From the NCBI GenBank assembly GCA_002862125.1, contig PHSP01000004.1, forward strand, positions 168,935 to 232,934: 64,000 nt of DNA, read 5' to 3'. The notes beneath the pieces are model-generated. The model was not told where the DNA came from and made no database searches. It saw nothing but the letters and a program-made list of their open reading frames with translations. Of the stretch, positions 52,792 to 63,840 are shown piece after piece. Position 1 is the stretch's first letter; every line of letters starts with the position of its first letter. The DNA is from Methylobacter sp. KS41 (GTDB lineage Bacteria > Pseudomonadota > Gammaproteobacteria > Methylococcales > Methylomonadaceae). The position numbers and the translations under genes were made by a program.

Positions 52792-54195
52792 ATGCGCGCA
52801 GAGCATAAAACTTCCAGTCCGGGTACTCATAGATCGGTGCCGAAAATCTTTCTACTACTTGCACTGATCTTGGCTACGAGCGCTTGCAATTTACTCAAAA
52901 ACACCCTGGAATTGCCTGAAAAGGGTATCCGCTCCGTGCTTTTTATCAACCAGGAAGGCGTACTCGATCCCGTCGAACTACAATCTCAGTTGCTCCGTTT
53001 TGCTGATAATTCTATCGAAACGCTCAATCTCGCCATCGGCAAGTTGCAGCAAAAAAATGACAAGGCCGCCCGAAGGCGCAACCTGTTGATGCGCCGGATC
53101 ACCACCACCAAGGATATATTGGCCATCGCCACCGGAGCCAACGCCTATGCCAACCTCCTCGATATGGTAATTTTAGCCAGTTTGAACCGGATGAGTATCG
53201 AGGATTATTGGATGCCCAAGGTCTACGGCGAATCAGCAAAACCCCTTCTAGTTGCATCCCAAGAGATAGAGGAAGAAATTTGGCGGATCGCCGCAATCTC
53301 GCTGAAAAATGCACAGATCTCGGAACTGCGTGCCGCCATCAAAACTTGGCACGACCAACACCCAAATGCGCGTTCACCCAGTGATATCGGCTCGCTAGGC
53401 TTTGCGTCCGAAGTCGCGCAGTTAAACCGCAGCCCCCAGTCAGGGATAACCAGTAGTGTCTTTAACCTGCTCTCCATTGACCCATTGGCGGGACTCGACC
53501 CCGCCACCCGCGAACTGGCAAACACCAGATTATTCGCGGAACGCGCCATTTTCCTAGCCAGACACATGCCGTCCCTAATACGGTGGGAAACCGAGTTGCT
53601 GGTCATCCAGACGGCGGAAATGCCTCAGATGGAAAAGCTTCTGACCAACACCACCCAATTGTCTGAATCGGCAGACCGGTTCAGCCAGATGACTGAGCGT
53701 TTGCCCGGACTCATCAGCGCCGAGCGCCAACAGATCGTTGAAGCCCTGGACAATCAACTACCCGGACTCACCAGCCTCGCCGCGCAGACCGAAAAAACCC
53801 TGGACGCAGGCAAACAGATGTCCAATGCGTCTACCGCCACGCTGAAATCTTTTCAGGATGTTTTACTGCAACTCCAAGCAAGCCCTTCGAACCCAAACGC
53901 AGAGCCTTTTCGTATCAACGACTACACTGCCGCCGCGGCGCAGATCAACGCCACCGCGCAAGACTTGGTGAAATTGTTGCAAGCCTTCGACCAGACCCTG
54001 GCTCCAGGCAAGTTTGGCGAACTGTCAAGCCGATTGAACGCGCTGACCCGCCAGACTCAGTCCAGCGGCAAAGAATTAGTGGATTACACCTTTAGGCAAA
54101 CCTTGTTTCTGGGTTTGATTTTGATCGGTTCCGCTTGCGTAATGGCGCCAGTTTCCGCCATGGTTTTTTGGATTCTGAAGAAGAAATTTGCTTGA
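52792..54195 (+). CDS. Hypothetical lipoprotein with a C-terminal TM anchor
   Basis: Lipobox-like LATSAC after a basic N-terminus. Helical/coiled-coil body. Terminal hydrophobic helix followed by KKKFA. Confidence 0.45.
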   Translation: MRAEHKTSSPGTHRSVPKIFLLLALILATSACNLLKNTLELPEKGIRSVLFINQEGVLDPVELQSQLLRFADNSIETLNLAIGKLQQKNDKAARRRNLLMRRITTTKDILAIATGANAYANLLDMVILASLNRMSIEDYWMPKVYGESAKPLLVASQEIEEEIWRIAAISLKNAQISELRAAIKTWHDQHPNARSPSDIGSLGFASEVAQLNRSPQSGITSSVFNLLSIDPLAGLDPATRELANTRLFAERAIFLARHMPSLIRWETELLVIQTAEMPQMEKLLTNTTQLSESADRFSQMTERLPGLISAERQQIVEALDNQLPGLTSLAAQTEKTLDAGKQMSNASTATLKSFQDVLLQLQASPSNPNAEPFRINDYTAAAAQINATAQDLVKLLQAFDQTLAPGKFGELSSRLNALTRQTQSSGKELVDYTFRQTLFLGLILIGSACVMAPVSAMVFWILKKKFA

Positions 54196-54846
54196 GCTAT
54201 TGACCAATGGCGGCGAGGAATAAGCCCTGTAACCACAATGTTGTTAAGTGATAAGCCATTGATTTACTTTGCCATCCTCTTATAATTTTCTTTTTTGTTT
54301 TAAGTCAGGCATGTATTGCTTTTTCCTCTGCGTAGGGTTTCGAAGGTACAGGCTATGTAATCAATGAGCGCTTCAAGTCCGCGCTGCAATTTCCGGGATC
54401 CAAGCAGTAGAAGCTCAACCAGTTTTTTTTCATTTTGGACATCGCCTGTGCGAAATTGACTTGGTATCTGGCCGGCGATGGGCAGTGCTTACTACCCAGA
54501 AAATTATTACGGACACCGTTACCCATTCCTCGATCTACCTGCCTTCAATACAACAACTAGCTACGGTAAAAATATGGGGCTTCGGTGGCCCAGACGCCTT
54601 TCTCCCTGTTGCCGCCTTACAAAGACTCACTTTCTTTTAAGTGACCGATTTGGCAAGAGCTTCCTTTAGATCCCGCATTGGCTTACGGTAACCATGTTTC
54701 CCAGTTGGGTAGCTACCGAGAGTTTCTTTGAGCGCCCTTCCCTCGCCTATATTTCCCTACCCACATGGCAATGAAGCATGCCAGTCGCACCGCTAAACTC
54801 TATAAAAACGGTCAATGCTGACCTACAAATACCTCAAGAAAACTCC

Positions 54847-55380
54847 TTACTTCTGTTGAATCAAACTTAAGGTTCTTTCCGGCAATTTTCCCGTATTCGC
54901 ACCTTCCAGACGCTGGCGGGCGTCTTCATTCACCGTGGTCATAAATTGAATCAACCGCAACTCGTACCGCATTTTTTGTTCAAAATCTTCAGATTCCCAC
55001 ATTTGATTTAATAAATGTTTAGCATGATGGTGAATCGTGAAAGCAAGCGCTTCGGGAAGATGCGCGTAGCTGGCCTGTATGGAACACTTGAGCTGATCCA
55101 GCGAGGTCAAATACTGCTTATAGTCTTTAATATCCTGTTTGCACCTGGTTTTAAACATGGAAAGATCCGCGTCGTTTTTAGTCCTCAACAAATTAACTTC
55201 ATGCTCCAGTTGTACGCTTTTCTTCTTTAATTCCGCTTCCAGCGCTTTTGCCGCTAACACACGGGCATGTTTGAGCCTGACCTGCCGGTCCAGATTTTTT
55301 GTTTTCCATTGCAGATTTTCATCCTTAAGCCCATGAAAAAACTGAAGTAAAGTAAAAACCATATTTTTAAAAGAGCTCAT
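54847..55380 (-). CDS. Hypothetical coiled-coil protein
   Basis: 177 aa helical protein. 4-bp gap to the upstream membrane-protein gene. Same strand as the STAND/TPR fragment. Confidence 0.35.
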   Translation of the reverse strand: MSSFKNMVFTLLQFFHGLKDENLQWKTKNLDRQVRLKHARVLAAKALEAELKKKSVQLEHEVNLLRTKNDADLSMFKTRCKQDIKDYKQYLTSLDQLKCSIQASYAHLPEALAFTIHHHAKHLLNQMWESEDFEQKMRYELRLIQFMTTVNEDARQRLEGANTGKLPERTLSLIQQK

Positions 55381-55383
55381 TTG

Positions 55384-55971
55384 CTAAACAATGGCAGATA
55401 TTTTTTGCTGCAATTTTAATAAAGCCTCAATATCCTGTTGATCTCGGTAACGGACATTTTTTTTGTGTAATTCCAGATAAACAGGTTTGGATAACTGTTG
55501 TTTAATCAATTGCAGGTCTTTATCGATGGCTTTGGATAAAGACCGTATGTGATGACGATCATTAGCCGCTGACAGCCGTTTTCTCTTGAGTTCGTGAAAA
55601 TAATTGATTTGCAATGTTCTAAAATAAAACAGCCGCTTAAACCGGTCCTGTTGGGCCTGAACAAATAACAGCTTCCGCTGCAAGCGCCGTCCGGCGGAAA
55701 AATAATCGCAACAGGCGGAAATAATGCTCCTGACAAAAACGCATAATCCGCTACTCAACAGCAAGGCAAACGCGCTTAACAGCGCGGCCATGCCAAACCG
55801 GGTCATTTGTCCGGCCAACACGGGCATAGCCAGCCACAGCAACAGGTCTGCCGATATAAACATTGCTAATGAAGAAAATATTAACAATAGAGATATTCTT
55901 ATAATCAAAATGGCAACCGGTGTATTTAATATCACTAGCCAGTATTGTACGCATTTTTTAGCAAAAAGCAT
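55384..55971 (-). CDS. Hypothetical membrane protein (2-3 TM helices + basic coiled-coil C-terminus)
   Basis: ORF with N-terminal TM helices. Co-oriented and tightly spaced with 54847..55380. Confidence 0.35.
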   Translation of the reverse strand: MLFAKKCVQYWLVILNTPVAILIIRISLLLIFSSLAMFISADLLLWLAMPVLAGQMTRFGMAALLSAFALLLSSGLCVFVRSIISACCDYFSAGRRLQRKLLFVQAQQDRFKRLFYFRTLQINYFHELKRKRLSAANDRHHIRSLSKAIDKDLQLIKQQLSKPVYLELHKKNVRYRDQQDIEALLKLQQKISAIV

Positions 55972-56251
55972 AAGGCGTTTTCCTGCGAAAAATTACCCGG
56001 TCTGGTGGTTTTATCCACTGCTGACTTGTAAAAAAACAGGTAATTATTCAGTATGAACTGCAAGATCCCTCTCCTGATGTAAAGGCCAATTCTGCGCCGT
56101 TCCGAAGGAACATTTGGCGTTGAATCCACCTTTTTGTTAAAAATAGATAAACCAATAAATCAAAAACTCATTTCGTGTTTCCTGCAATACGTCAGGATTC
56201 GTGGTTATATAAGGCAAATCCTTTTTTTAAAATAACACTATTGGGATCGCC

Positions 56252-58201
56252 TTAAAACTGATCCGGCCTTGGATAATTCCCCTGTTTCTGGAGCTTGGGC
56301 AAAGCTTCGAGAAGTAACAAAAGTTCCGCTGCATCGTCATAAGCCAGTTCTGGGTCATCGGCTAGGATCGGGTTTAATCCGCCTTTTAAAATATCGATGA
56401 TTTTGGGGATGACGGATTTTAAATGTCTGGGCAAACCTCCAAGTCCTTCAATCTCCCGGAGGTCTTTTAGAAGTCTTTCGCTGTTATTTTCGTAAATCGC
56501 TTGTAAAACAGTCTGGTAAAGCTGCCGATTTTCGTTGATATTTACCCCTCCGTCATGGCGATAGGCTAAATAGCTTTGTATCGCCCGTTGTTTAGCTTCG
56601 TGGGCGGCGGCGGTGTTATTGCCGGCTTGTTCCAATCGACGCAAGATAGCCCAGGTTTTCCAAGGCTGTGCTTGATGGCCAAAGGCTCTTTTACATTCCA
56701 GAGCCTGCTGTAATTCGTTACGCGCTTCCGCATAGCGTTGTAGCCGGATTAAAGTATTGGCAAGATTACTGCGCACAAAACCTTCATGAAGTTTATTGCC
56801 TAGCTGGGTTACTATATCCTCCGCTTGCCGGTATAACTGTACAGCCTGCTCTAATTTGCCTCTATCAGCATAAACATTGCCTAATTCATTTAAGCTACTG
56901 GCTTCTTCCAGCTGGTTATCCAGCGTGCTTTTAATCGTTAGCGCTTGTTGATAAGCCTGTTCCGCTAGTTCAAATTCCTGCAGTTTTCTATAAACCATTC
57001 CGGTTTGATGCCAAACGGCGGCTAAGGCATGCTGTTCGTTTAACTGGCTTAATATGTCTTTTGCTTCCACAAAAGCTGCCAATGCGGCTTTATAGTCATT
57101 TTGTTGCAGATGCTCAGCCGCCAGTTGCATTTTATCAGCAGCTATATCCCGCTTAGCATTAGATTTATCTGGTAGCTTAATGTATTGTTGATTTAGCTCA
57201 GCTACCTCATCAAGCGATCTGCTTGCTGTTAAACTATCGCCTTGTTCAGTGGACGTTGCCATAACCATCCCTGCAGCGCTTTTATTGTCATCCTTGTCCA
57301 AGCTTTGAAAGCCTTGTTTGGTCTGTTGTAAAGACGCTAACGCATCTCCAGCCAGTTTTCTAATGCTTAAAACTCCATCAAGCATAGAATGTGCTGTTTC
57401 AATGTCATAAGACGCATCCCGATAAGCCGTTGATCCGGCTTGTAAAGCCTGCTTTAATAAGGCTTCAGCCTGTTGATAAGCCCCGCTTAAATCGCCTTCT
57501 TGTAATAATTGCTCAATGTCCAAGCGTTTGTTTTCAAATTGCCGGTGACTCCAAATATTTTTAGTCCCGGTCTCCGATGCTTGTTTGCGTACTTTAACCG
57601 CCAAGGCCAAGGCTTCCGGTTGCTGTAAATCGGCAAGCAGTTGCTCTATGAGACTGGCAATAGCTGCGGTTTGTTCGAAGTCGCTTTGTTGCGGCAACGC
57701 GGTCAACAAAGCCAATATATTGGGCAGTTCCAATAAAGTTAGTTCCGCGGAGAGTTGGGCATCATCAACCGTTTGTTCATAAAGAAAATCGACTAAAGTT
57801 TGCATCGCCGCTAACCAGCGTTGTTGAAAGCCGTCATAATCACCGGCAGAAATCCGTGCTTTTAAGTAAGGGATTAACGCCGGATCCAAGGAAAAAAAAG
57901 CATGATTTTGATATTCGGCTAAACCAACTTGCACTAATGCCAGTGCAAATCGCTCTGCATTATCATCATCAAGCTCTAAGACTATCCTTAAAACTTCTGA
58001 ATGAAAACCGCCCTGAAACACTGCCAGCGCTTTAACCCACTGACAATGTTGCTCGGACAAATGCCCTAGGGAGGATTCCAATCTGTCAGACAAGGACGAT
58101 TCGATGTCGCTCGAATGAGCCTGATGCAATTCAGCTGAAATCGCCGCCAAATTTTCGGTGTTCACATTAAAGCCTTTCTGCGCAGCCAAAGGAGCCGCCA
58201 A
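56252..58201 (-). pseudogene. C-terminal fragment (winged-helix + helical + TPR array) of a STAND/NB-ARC-type NTPase. The NTPase domain is missing.
   Basis: LSEQHCQWVKALAVFQGGFHSEVLRIV matches the STAND winged-helix motif. The C-terminal ~350 aa are TPR repeats. There is no ATG start; the listed start is TTG. An in-frame TAA lies 16 codons upstream. The first in-frame Met is ~140 codons in. The break abuts the IS630 inverted repeat. Confidence 0.6.
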
Positions 58202-58221
58202 CTCTTGGGCATAAAAATTAA

Positions 58222-59278
58222 AATATTTGACAAAATCCCTTTCCTTTCTTGTTTAATACTGTTGATGGTTTCATTCCCGCAGTTACAATCCCATCATATT
58301 TCCCCGGTTTAAGCCGCCATTTTTATAATGTATTTTGTGTTTTCGCCTCAACTGGCACTGTATGGCCTGCTGTTTCAGCACTCCCCTTCTCTATCAAACC
58401 GAATAAAACAAGGGTATCGCTAAATCCTTCATCAATGCTGATCATTTCTGTATACTCCATGCGGTCAAGTTTTCGGCTTTTTAAAACAACTGGAAGTTCA
58501 TAGTCATCAAACTTTGCATCTCACTTTTGAAACGTGCGCCAAGATCACTGATGCAGTTATTGATGCTGTTTCTGAAAGTATCGAAACGGTCATAATGCTT
58601 GCTATACAGAACCTGTTTTTTAACAAAACACCATAACCGCTCGATCAAATTCAGGTTGGGTAAATAGGGAGGCAAATACAGCAATTCAATAGTCCATTCC
58701 TTTGCCTTTTGGGCTTGACGCTGTTGGTCATCGTCCATTGCTTTGCCGGGAACGACACCGCAACGCCTGCATTTCATACCTATTTTTTTCAGAAACGCCC
58801 GGCAAGCAGAAGGCTTCAAACGGAAATCTGTTTCTTTATCGATCATCTCTATAGCTTGGTTGACGGTATGGGGCGCTTGTTTTTTAAAAAGTTTCTTTAG
58901 CTGCTCGGCATACGGATCCAATTGGCTTTTGGGGTTGGTGATAATTTTCCTCTAATAAGCCTTGCAAACCAGTTTCGTCGTATTTCTTCGTGCAATTAGT
59001 CACCGTGTCTTCGTCAATTCTTAAGAGCTCCGCAACTTCCTCGCGTCGATAACCATTTATTCTAAGGTAAACCACTAAGCATTTTTTTGGTACACGTGAA
59101 TTCGTATTCAATGTTAGTTCAGGAAAAAGTTCGTCCAATTGCTTTTCAATCATTATTTCATGCTAGGGATCATGAGTTTGGGCATTTTTACAATATTTTA
59201 GGGCAATGGGAAACCAATATTTTGACCGCGCGGAGTATATTTGAAAATCCGCAGGCGTGATTTTGTCAAGTATACCAA
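58222..59278 (-). mobile_element. IS630-family element, internally deleted
   Basis: Imperfect terminal inverted repeats TATTTGACAAAATCC (58224-58238) and GATTTTGTCAAGTATA (59263-59278). Two overlapping transposase reading frames lie between them. Confidence 0.55.
58481..59153 (-). pseudogene. IS630-family transposase remnant (HTH N-terminus + extreme C-terminus; DDE core deleted)
   Basis: The 58884..59153 frame is an HTH region. The 58481..58921 frame ends with the family-typical LLYLPPYLPNLNLIERLW but lacks the DDE_3 core. The two frames overlap as at the IS630 frameshift site. Confidence 0.6.
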
Positions 59279-59440
59279 ACCCGGTTGGAATTTGAACGGG
59301 AATTCTATAAGAAACCCAGGGCAATCGCGCTTAAAAACACTTGAAAATAGAATTTAGATGAGGTAGTAAGTCTACCTGATTACGTATAAGTTTCAGCAAC
59401 TTTAAACTCAAAGGGATAAGGAATCAAAGGAGACAGAGAA

Positions 59441-60106
59441 ATGAGCAAAAATAAAGTGCAGTTTCAGACAGGCTATAGCTTGATTGAGTTATCTAAAACG
59501 GGGTTGTTAGCCTTAGCGCTTAAGCGACAAACCGGTGTCTCGTACAATACCGCCTGGAGTATGAAACACAAAATCATGCAGGTAATGAAAGAACGTGATG
59601 ACAGCAAGCCTTTAAGCGGAATCATTCAATTGGATGATGTTTATTGGGGTGGCGAGCGTCGCGGCGGAAAAAGAGGCCGGGGCTCCGTCAACAAAGTTCC
59701 TTTTGTTGCAGCTGTGTCGCTGAATGAAGAAGGCCATCCCATTGCGATGAATATGAATGTGGTTAAAGGCTTTCGGCTGACAGAAATATCACGCTGGGCA
59801 AAGCAGCATTTACAACCCAACAGCACGGTTATTTCGGATGGCTTGCCTTGTTTTACGGCCGTAACAGAGGCCGGGTGTAGCCATATCAGCATTGTCACAG
59901 GCGGCGGGCCGCAAAGTGTTACCAAAGAGGAGTTTACCTGGATCAACACACTGATAGGTAATGTGAAGAATGCCATCACAGGCACTTATCATGCGATAAA
60001 CCCCAAGCATTTACCTCGTTACCTGGCCGAACTCTGCTACCGCCATAACCGAAGGTTTCAGCTGGAAGACATGCTACCCCGCTTTGTTTATGTTGCTGTG
60101 AGAACG
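59441..60106 (+). pseudogene. IS1595 (ISXO2-like) family transposase fragment lacking the N-terminal zinc ribbon and truncated at its 3' end by IS66
   Basis: GVSYNTAWSMKHKIMQVMKERD...LAELCYRHNRRF is the conserved ISXO2-like DDE region. The ORF runs straight into the IS66 terminal repeat (GTAAGCGC...) at ~60107. Confidence 0.6.
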
Positions 60107-60146
60107 CCCCCTATGCGTAAGCGCTTATTTTTCCCATGTAGACAAG

Positions 60147-61718
60147 CTAAGCAGCTTGATTTAGATGCTCAATTATTGCCGTCAAATTCCAGGGCAGAAA
60201 TTGATCCAATGCCTCGGGTTCATAGTGCCTGCCAAGTTTGGGAGTCTCAGTAAACAGGTATTTCAGGTAATCAAAAGGTTCCAGATTATTGGCAACTGCT
60301 GTTTGCACCAGGCTGTACAGTAGCGCACTGGCATCGGCTCCGCGCGGCGTTTGGTTAAATAACCAGTTTTTCCTTCCAATCACAAACGGCTTGATGCGTC
60401 GCTCTGCAGCATTATTATCAATCTGTAAGTTGCCATCTTCAAGATAGCGTACCAGCGTGTCCCATTGGTTGATGGTATAGCGAATCGCTTTGCCAAGCGC
60501 TAAATCTTTCGTGGTCTTGGCGACGTTGTCATCGCACCATTGCTTTAAGTCCGCCATCAAGGGTCTACCTTTTTCCTGGCGCAGACAATAACGCTGCTCT
60601 ATGGTCAGGTCTTTAAGTTGCTTTTCCAGCGTGTAGAGCGCCCTGAATTTCCGCAGTGCCGTCTGTGCCATGCCAAATTTATTGTCGCGACTGGCTGCCG
60701 GCAGCGCCTTCAACGCTTCATCAAATTTTCGCCGCGCATGCGCCATGCAGCCAACCAGCAGGCAATTGTCCGATGCCAGGGTATGATACCCGGCAAAGCC
60801 ATCGACTTGTAAATAGCCTGCAAAGCCCTGTAAAAAGGTGACCGCATGCTGGCCTGCACGGGTCGCCTGATAGTCATACAAAACTATTGGGCACGCCGTC
60901 TCATGGCCGCCGCTCTGGTACAGCCACATATAGGACTTGGTTTGCGTGTCTCGCCCATCCTGGATGACATTCAACGTGGTTTCATCGGCTTGAAGGAACT
61001 TTTGCCGGAGCAAGTGTTGATGCAGTCGAGCATAAAAGGGCGTGAGCAATTTAGCAGATTTTAACACCCAATTCGATAAGGTTGCCCGGGACAGATCAAT
61101 GCTTAAGCGTTTGAAGATCATTTCCTGCCGGTACAGCGGCAAGCTATCCATGAATTTGGCAACAATGATATAAGCCAACAGGCTGGCGGAGGCAAAGCTG
61201 CGGGGGATCGGCTGGGCTGGTTTGGGGGCGGTCAGCAGACCATTTTCACAGGCACGGCAGCCATATTTAACCTGCACATGCTCAATGATTTTGATTTGTG
61301 CCGGAATGATTTCCAACTGCTCGGCTTTATCTTCGCCTGCTTCATGCAGGGCATGACCACAGGCACAGACACGTTCGGCCTCCGGCAATTCATAACGCAC
61401 CACTTCACGCGGGATATGTTTGGATAACGGTTTGCGGCCTGGCTTTTTACGCTGATAGGTGATCGTTTCTTCGAGTTCGCCCTCATTCTGCGCTAAAGCG
61501 TCAAGAATCGATTTGGCTTCATTAAACAACTCCATTTGCTCAGGATGCTTCTCACTGGACGCGCCGAAACGCCGGTGTTGAAAAAGACGGAACCGCTCTT
61601 CATACCAGTTCAGTTTTTCCTGTAATTGCGCAACGGTAAACTGATAATCCTGCACCATTTTATGCAGTGCATCGATATCATTGGGCAGGAGTTCCGGAAG
61701 CGGTTTCATGGCAGGCAT
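60147..61718 (-). CDS. tnpC: IS66-family transposase TnpC
   Basis: 523 aa. N-terminal leucine-zipper-like region, CxxC zinc finger, DDE region. Typical IS66 Orf3. Confidence 0.85.
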   Translation of the reverse strand: MPAMKPLPELLPNDIDALHKMVQDYQFTVAQLQEKLNWYEERFRLFQHRRFGASSEKHPEQMELFNEAKSILDALAQNEGELEETITYQRKKPGRKPLSKHIPREVVRYELPEAERVCACGHALHEAGEDKAEQLEIIPAQIKIIEHVQVKYGCRACENGLLTAPKPAQPIPRSFASASLLAYIIVAKFMDSLPLYRQEMIFKRLSIDLSRATLSNWVLKSAKLLTPFYARLHQHLLRQKFLQADETTLNVIQDGRDTQTKSYMWLYQSGGHETACPIVLYDYQATRAGQHAVTFLQGFAGYLQVDGFAGYHTLASDNCLLVGCMAHARRKFDEALKALPAASRDNKFGMAQTALRKFRALYTLEKQLKDLTIEQRYCLRQEKGRPLMADLKQWCDDNVAKTTKDLALGKAIRYTINQWDTLVRYLEDGNLQIDNNAAERRIKPFVIGRKNWLFNQTPRGADASALLYSLVQTAVANNLEPFDYLKYLFTETPKLGRHYEPEALDQFLPWNLTAIIEHLNQAA

Positions 61719-61749
61719 TATACCATTAACACCAGGTTAATCGAGGTAG

Positions 61750-63722
61750 AACAGCCAGTTACCCGACTGCCCCCTCACAGATCCCTGCGTGCGGAATTAC
61801 CGCACAAGGCTCTTCAAAACTGCTCACTTGCACACGGTACAGATTAAGCCCTCAGAAAGCATGACAGATTCGCGGTTTGACGATTCCAAAGTGTTTTACC
61901 AGTTCTTTAAACCCTTCCCAATTGTAGCTCTTGCGCTGTGAGCGCCGATTCAGCCATTTGAAAAGAGCTTGCGTAACACGATAAACAAAGCAGCCTAAAC
62001 TCTTGTAGTTACCTATGATTCCGTAGTAATTATAATATCCACGTAATTTCCTGTTTAACATTGCAAACAGAATGTTCTTGGGTAACAGACTCGATTTCTT
62101 AAGCCACACTTTAAAATTTGCCAATGATGCGTACAATTTCTCTCGTGAAGTACGCCGCTTTATAATCGGAATACGTGACCGATTCTTAATATGACGATTT
62201 ACTCCCCAGCGAAACTCAAACCCTAGAAAATCAAAACTCGATCCATTTCTTATCTTGCAGCGACTGAAAACCAACAGATGGGTTTTATTTTCCGCTACTT
62301 CCAAGTTAAATTTATTGAGTCTTTTCTCTAAGGCTTCGTAGAAACGTTGCGCATCATTTTCATATTCAAAAGCACAAACAAAATCATCCGCATAACGACA
62401 GAGATAAACCTGTCCTCGGCAATGCGTTTGTACTGTTTCATAAAACCAAACATCCAGCACCGTGTGAAGATAAATATTAGCCAAAATTGGCGATACCACT
62501 CCACCTTGCGGCGTACCCGTTAGCGGGCAAATGACCTGCCCTTTATCAAGTATGCCTGCCTTCAGCCATTTCCAAATCAGATTCAAGAAGGCTTTGTCAT
62601 CTATTCGCTTTCCCAACATTTCCATCAATAGATCATGGTCTATATTGTTGAAAAAGCCTTTAATATCAGCCTCAACAAGGTAGTGATACCGTCCAAACAT
62701 GAGCGCCTGTGACAAATCCTTGACCGCTTTAAGCGCACCTGTATTGGGCCGATAACCATAACTACAGCCTAGAAAATCCTGCTCGTAGATTGCCTCTAAA
62801 ATCTTAGCTACTGCTAATTGCAACAGCTTATCTGCTAGTGCAGGTATTCCTAGAGGGCGTAACTTCCCGCCCAGCTTCGGAATATACTTTCTAAGCACCA
62901 ACTTAGTCCGATACGTCTTTCCTTTGATTTGCTCAACCAACTGTTCAATATTGCCGATGAGATGCTCTTCGTACATCCGAGCATCGATGCGATCTACACC
63001 CGCACTTGCTTTCTTGTTGACAAACCCCCAACACCAAAACAAGAATCCAACCGTTAGTAAGCCAAACAAATTCCGAAATCGGTAAGTCTTATCTTGTACC
63101 GCTTTATTGGCTATTCCCCGCAGTGAGGTTTGCTCCATTTATCCAATCCGTCATGTTCGGTAAGAGTTGCCTTTGCGGGCTACACAGTTTTGTACATCCC
63201 TTCCCCAATGTACGCGGCTTTCCCGCGCTCAGAGTACTATGAATGTATCTGACTCCCTTCCAGTCTTCAGCCACCCTTCTTTTAGTTGGGTAGGCTTACC
63301 TGCATAAACAAGATTCAGGTTTAGTCAACTTATCTTGTTACCAGGAACCAAGAGGGTCTCACAAGTTCTCATCATTTCTCTCTATACATGTCACGCTCTC
63401 TGACACCGACAAACCCTCCAGAATCTCACCAAAATGATTCCTTAGTATTGGCTTCCATCATAACTAAAATGTCGCCGTTTGTTTTATAAACTAACGATGC
63501 TGAAATAGCTTCAGGGACGTGCAAGCCCCCTGTGACCTATACGGTTCTCTGTGTACGCTTCACCTATTTTGTTCGCATTAGTGTAGCCATATAGCCACAT
63601 CAATACTCCGCCAAAGGTGCAACACTCGATACTGGTGGCTGGTTAGGCCTTTGAACTCATTCCCTTGAGTTCCAGACAAGGACTTTCACCTTGCAAGAAA
63701 TGACAAGCTTAGCTTGTCGCAC
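61750..63722 (-). mobile_element. Group II intron (~1.97 kb) inserted in the IS66 tnpB-tnpC spacer
   Basis: 5' end GTGCG (GAGTGTGCGACAAGC...) at ~63722. Domain V GAGCCTTGTGCGGTAATTCCGCACGCAGGGATCT at 61799-61833. Domain VI has a bulged A and the intron ends in ...CTACCTCGAT. The intron-encoded ORF lies in between. Confidence 0.75.
61852..63138 (-). CDS. Group II intron-encoded reverse transcriptase/maturase (no obvious endonuclease domain)
   Basis: 428 aa. RT blocks ([20 protein letters not shown]), then the maturase X domain. Confidence 0.85.
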   Translation of the reverse strand: MEQTSLRGIANKAVQDKTYRFRNLFGLLTVGFLFWCWGFVNKKASAGVDRIDARMYEEHLIGNIEQLVEQIKGKTYRTKLVLRKYIPKLGGKLRPLGIPALADKLLQLAVAKILEAIYEQDFLGCSYGYRPNTGALKAVKDLSQALMFGRYHYLVEADIKGFFNNIDHDLLMEMLGKRIDDKAFLNLIWKWLKAGILDKGQVICPLTGTPQGGVVSPILANIYLHTVLDVWFYETVQTHCRGQVYLCRYADDFVCAFEYENDAQRFYEALEKRLNKFNLEVAENKTHLLVFSRCKIRNGSSFDFLGFEFRWGVNRHIKNRSRIPIIKRRTSREKLYASLANFKVWLKKSSLLPKNILFAMLNRKLRGYYNYYGIIGNYKSLGCFVYRVTQALFKWLNRRSQRKSYNWEGFKELVKHFGIVKPRICHAF

Positions 63723-63840
63723 ACTCATTGTTTTATTGCTAATTATCAGGTAATATTCGGGCTAAAAATGATGCCAAAATCAGTTTTTTGCAAGCCATAA
63801 ACAGGCTTATGCGCCTGCGCTTGCTGGCAGGACTAACCTT

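Noticed and set aside
56252-58201. Treating the TPR ORF as an intact standalone TPR protein
   Set aside because: It lacks an ATG start, has an upstream in-frame stop and begins with a STAND winged-helix motif. It is better explained as a 5'-truncated STAND gene at the IS630 boundary.
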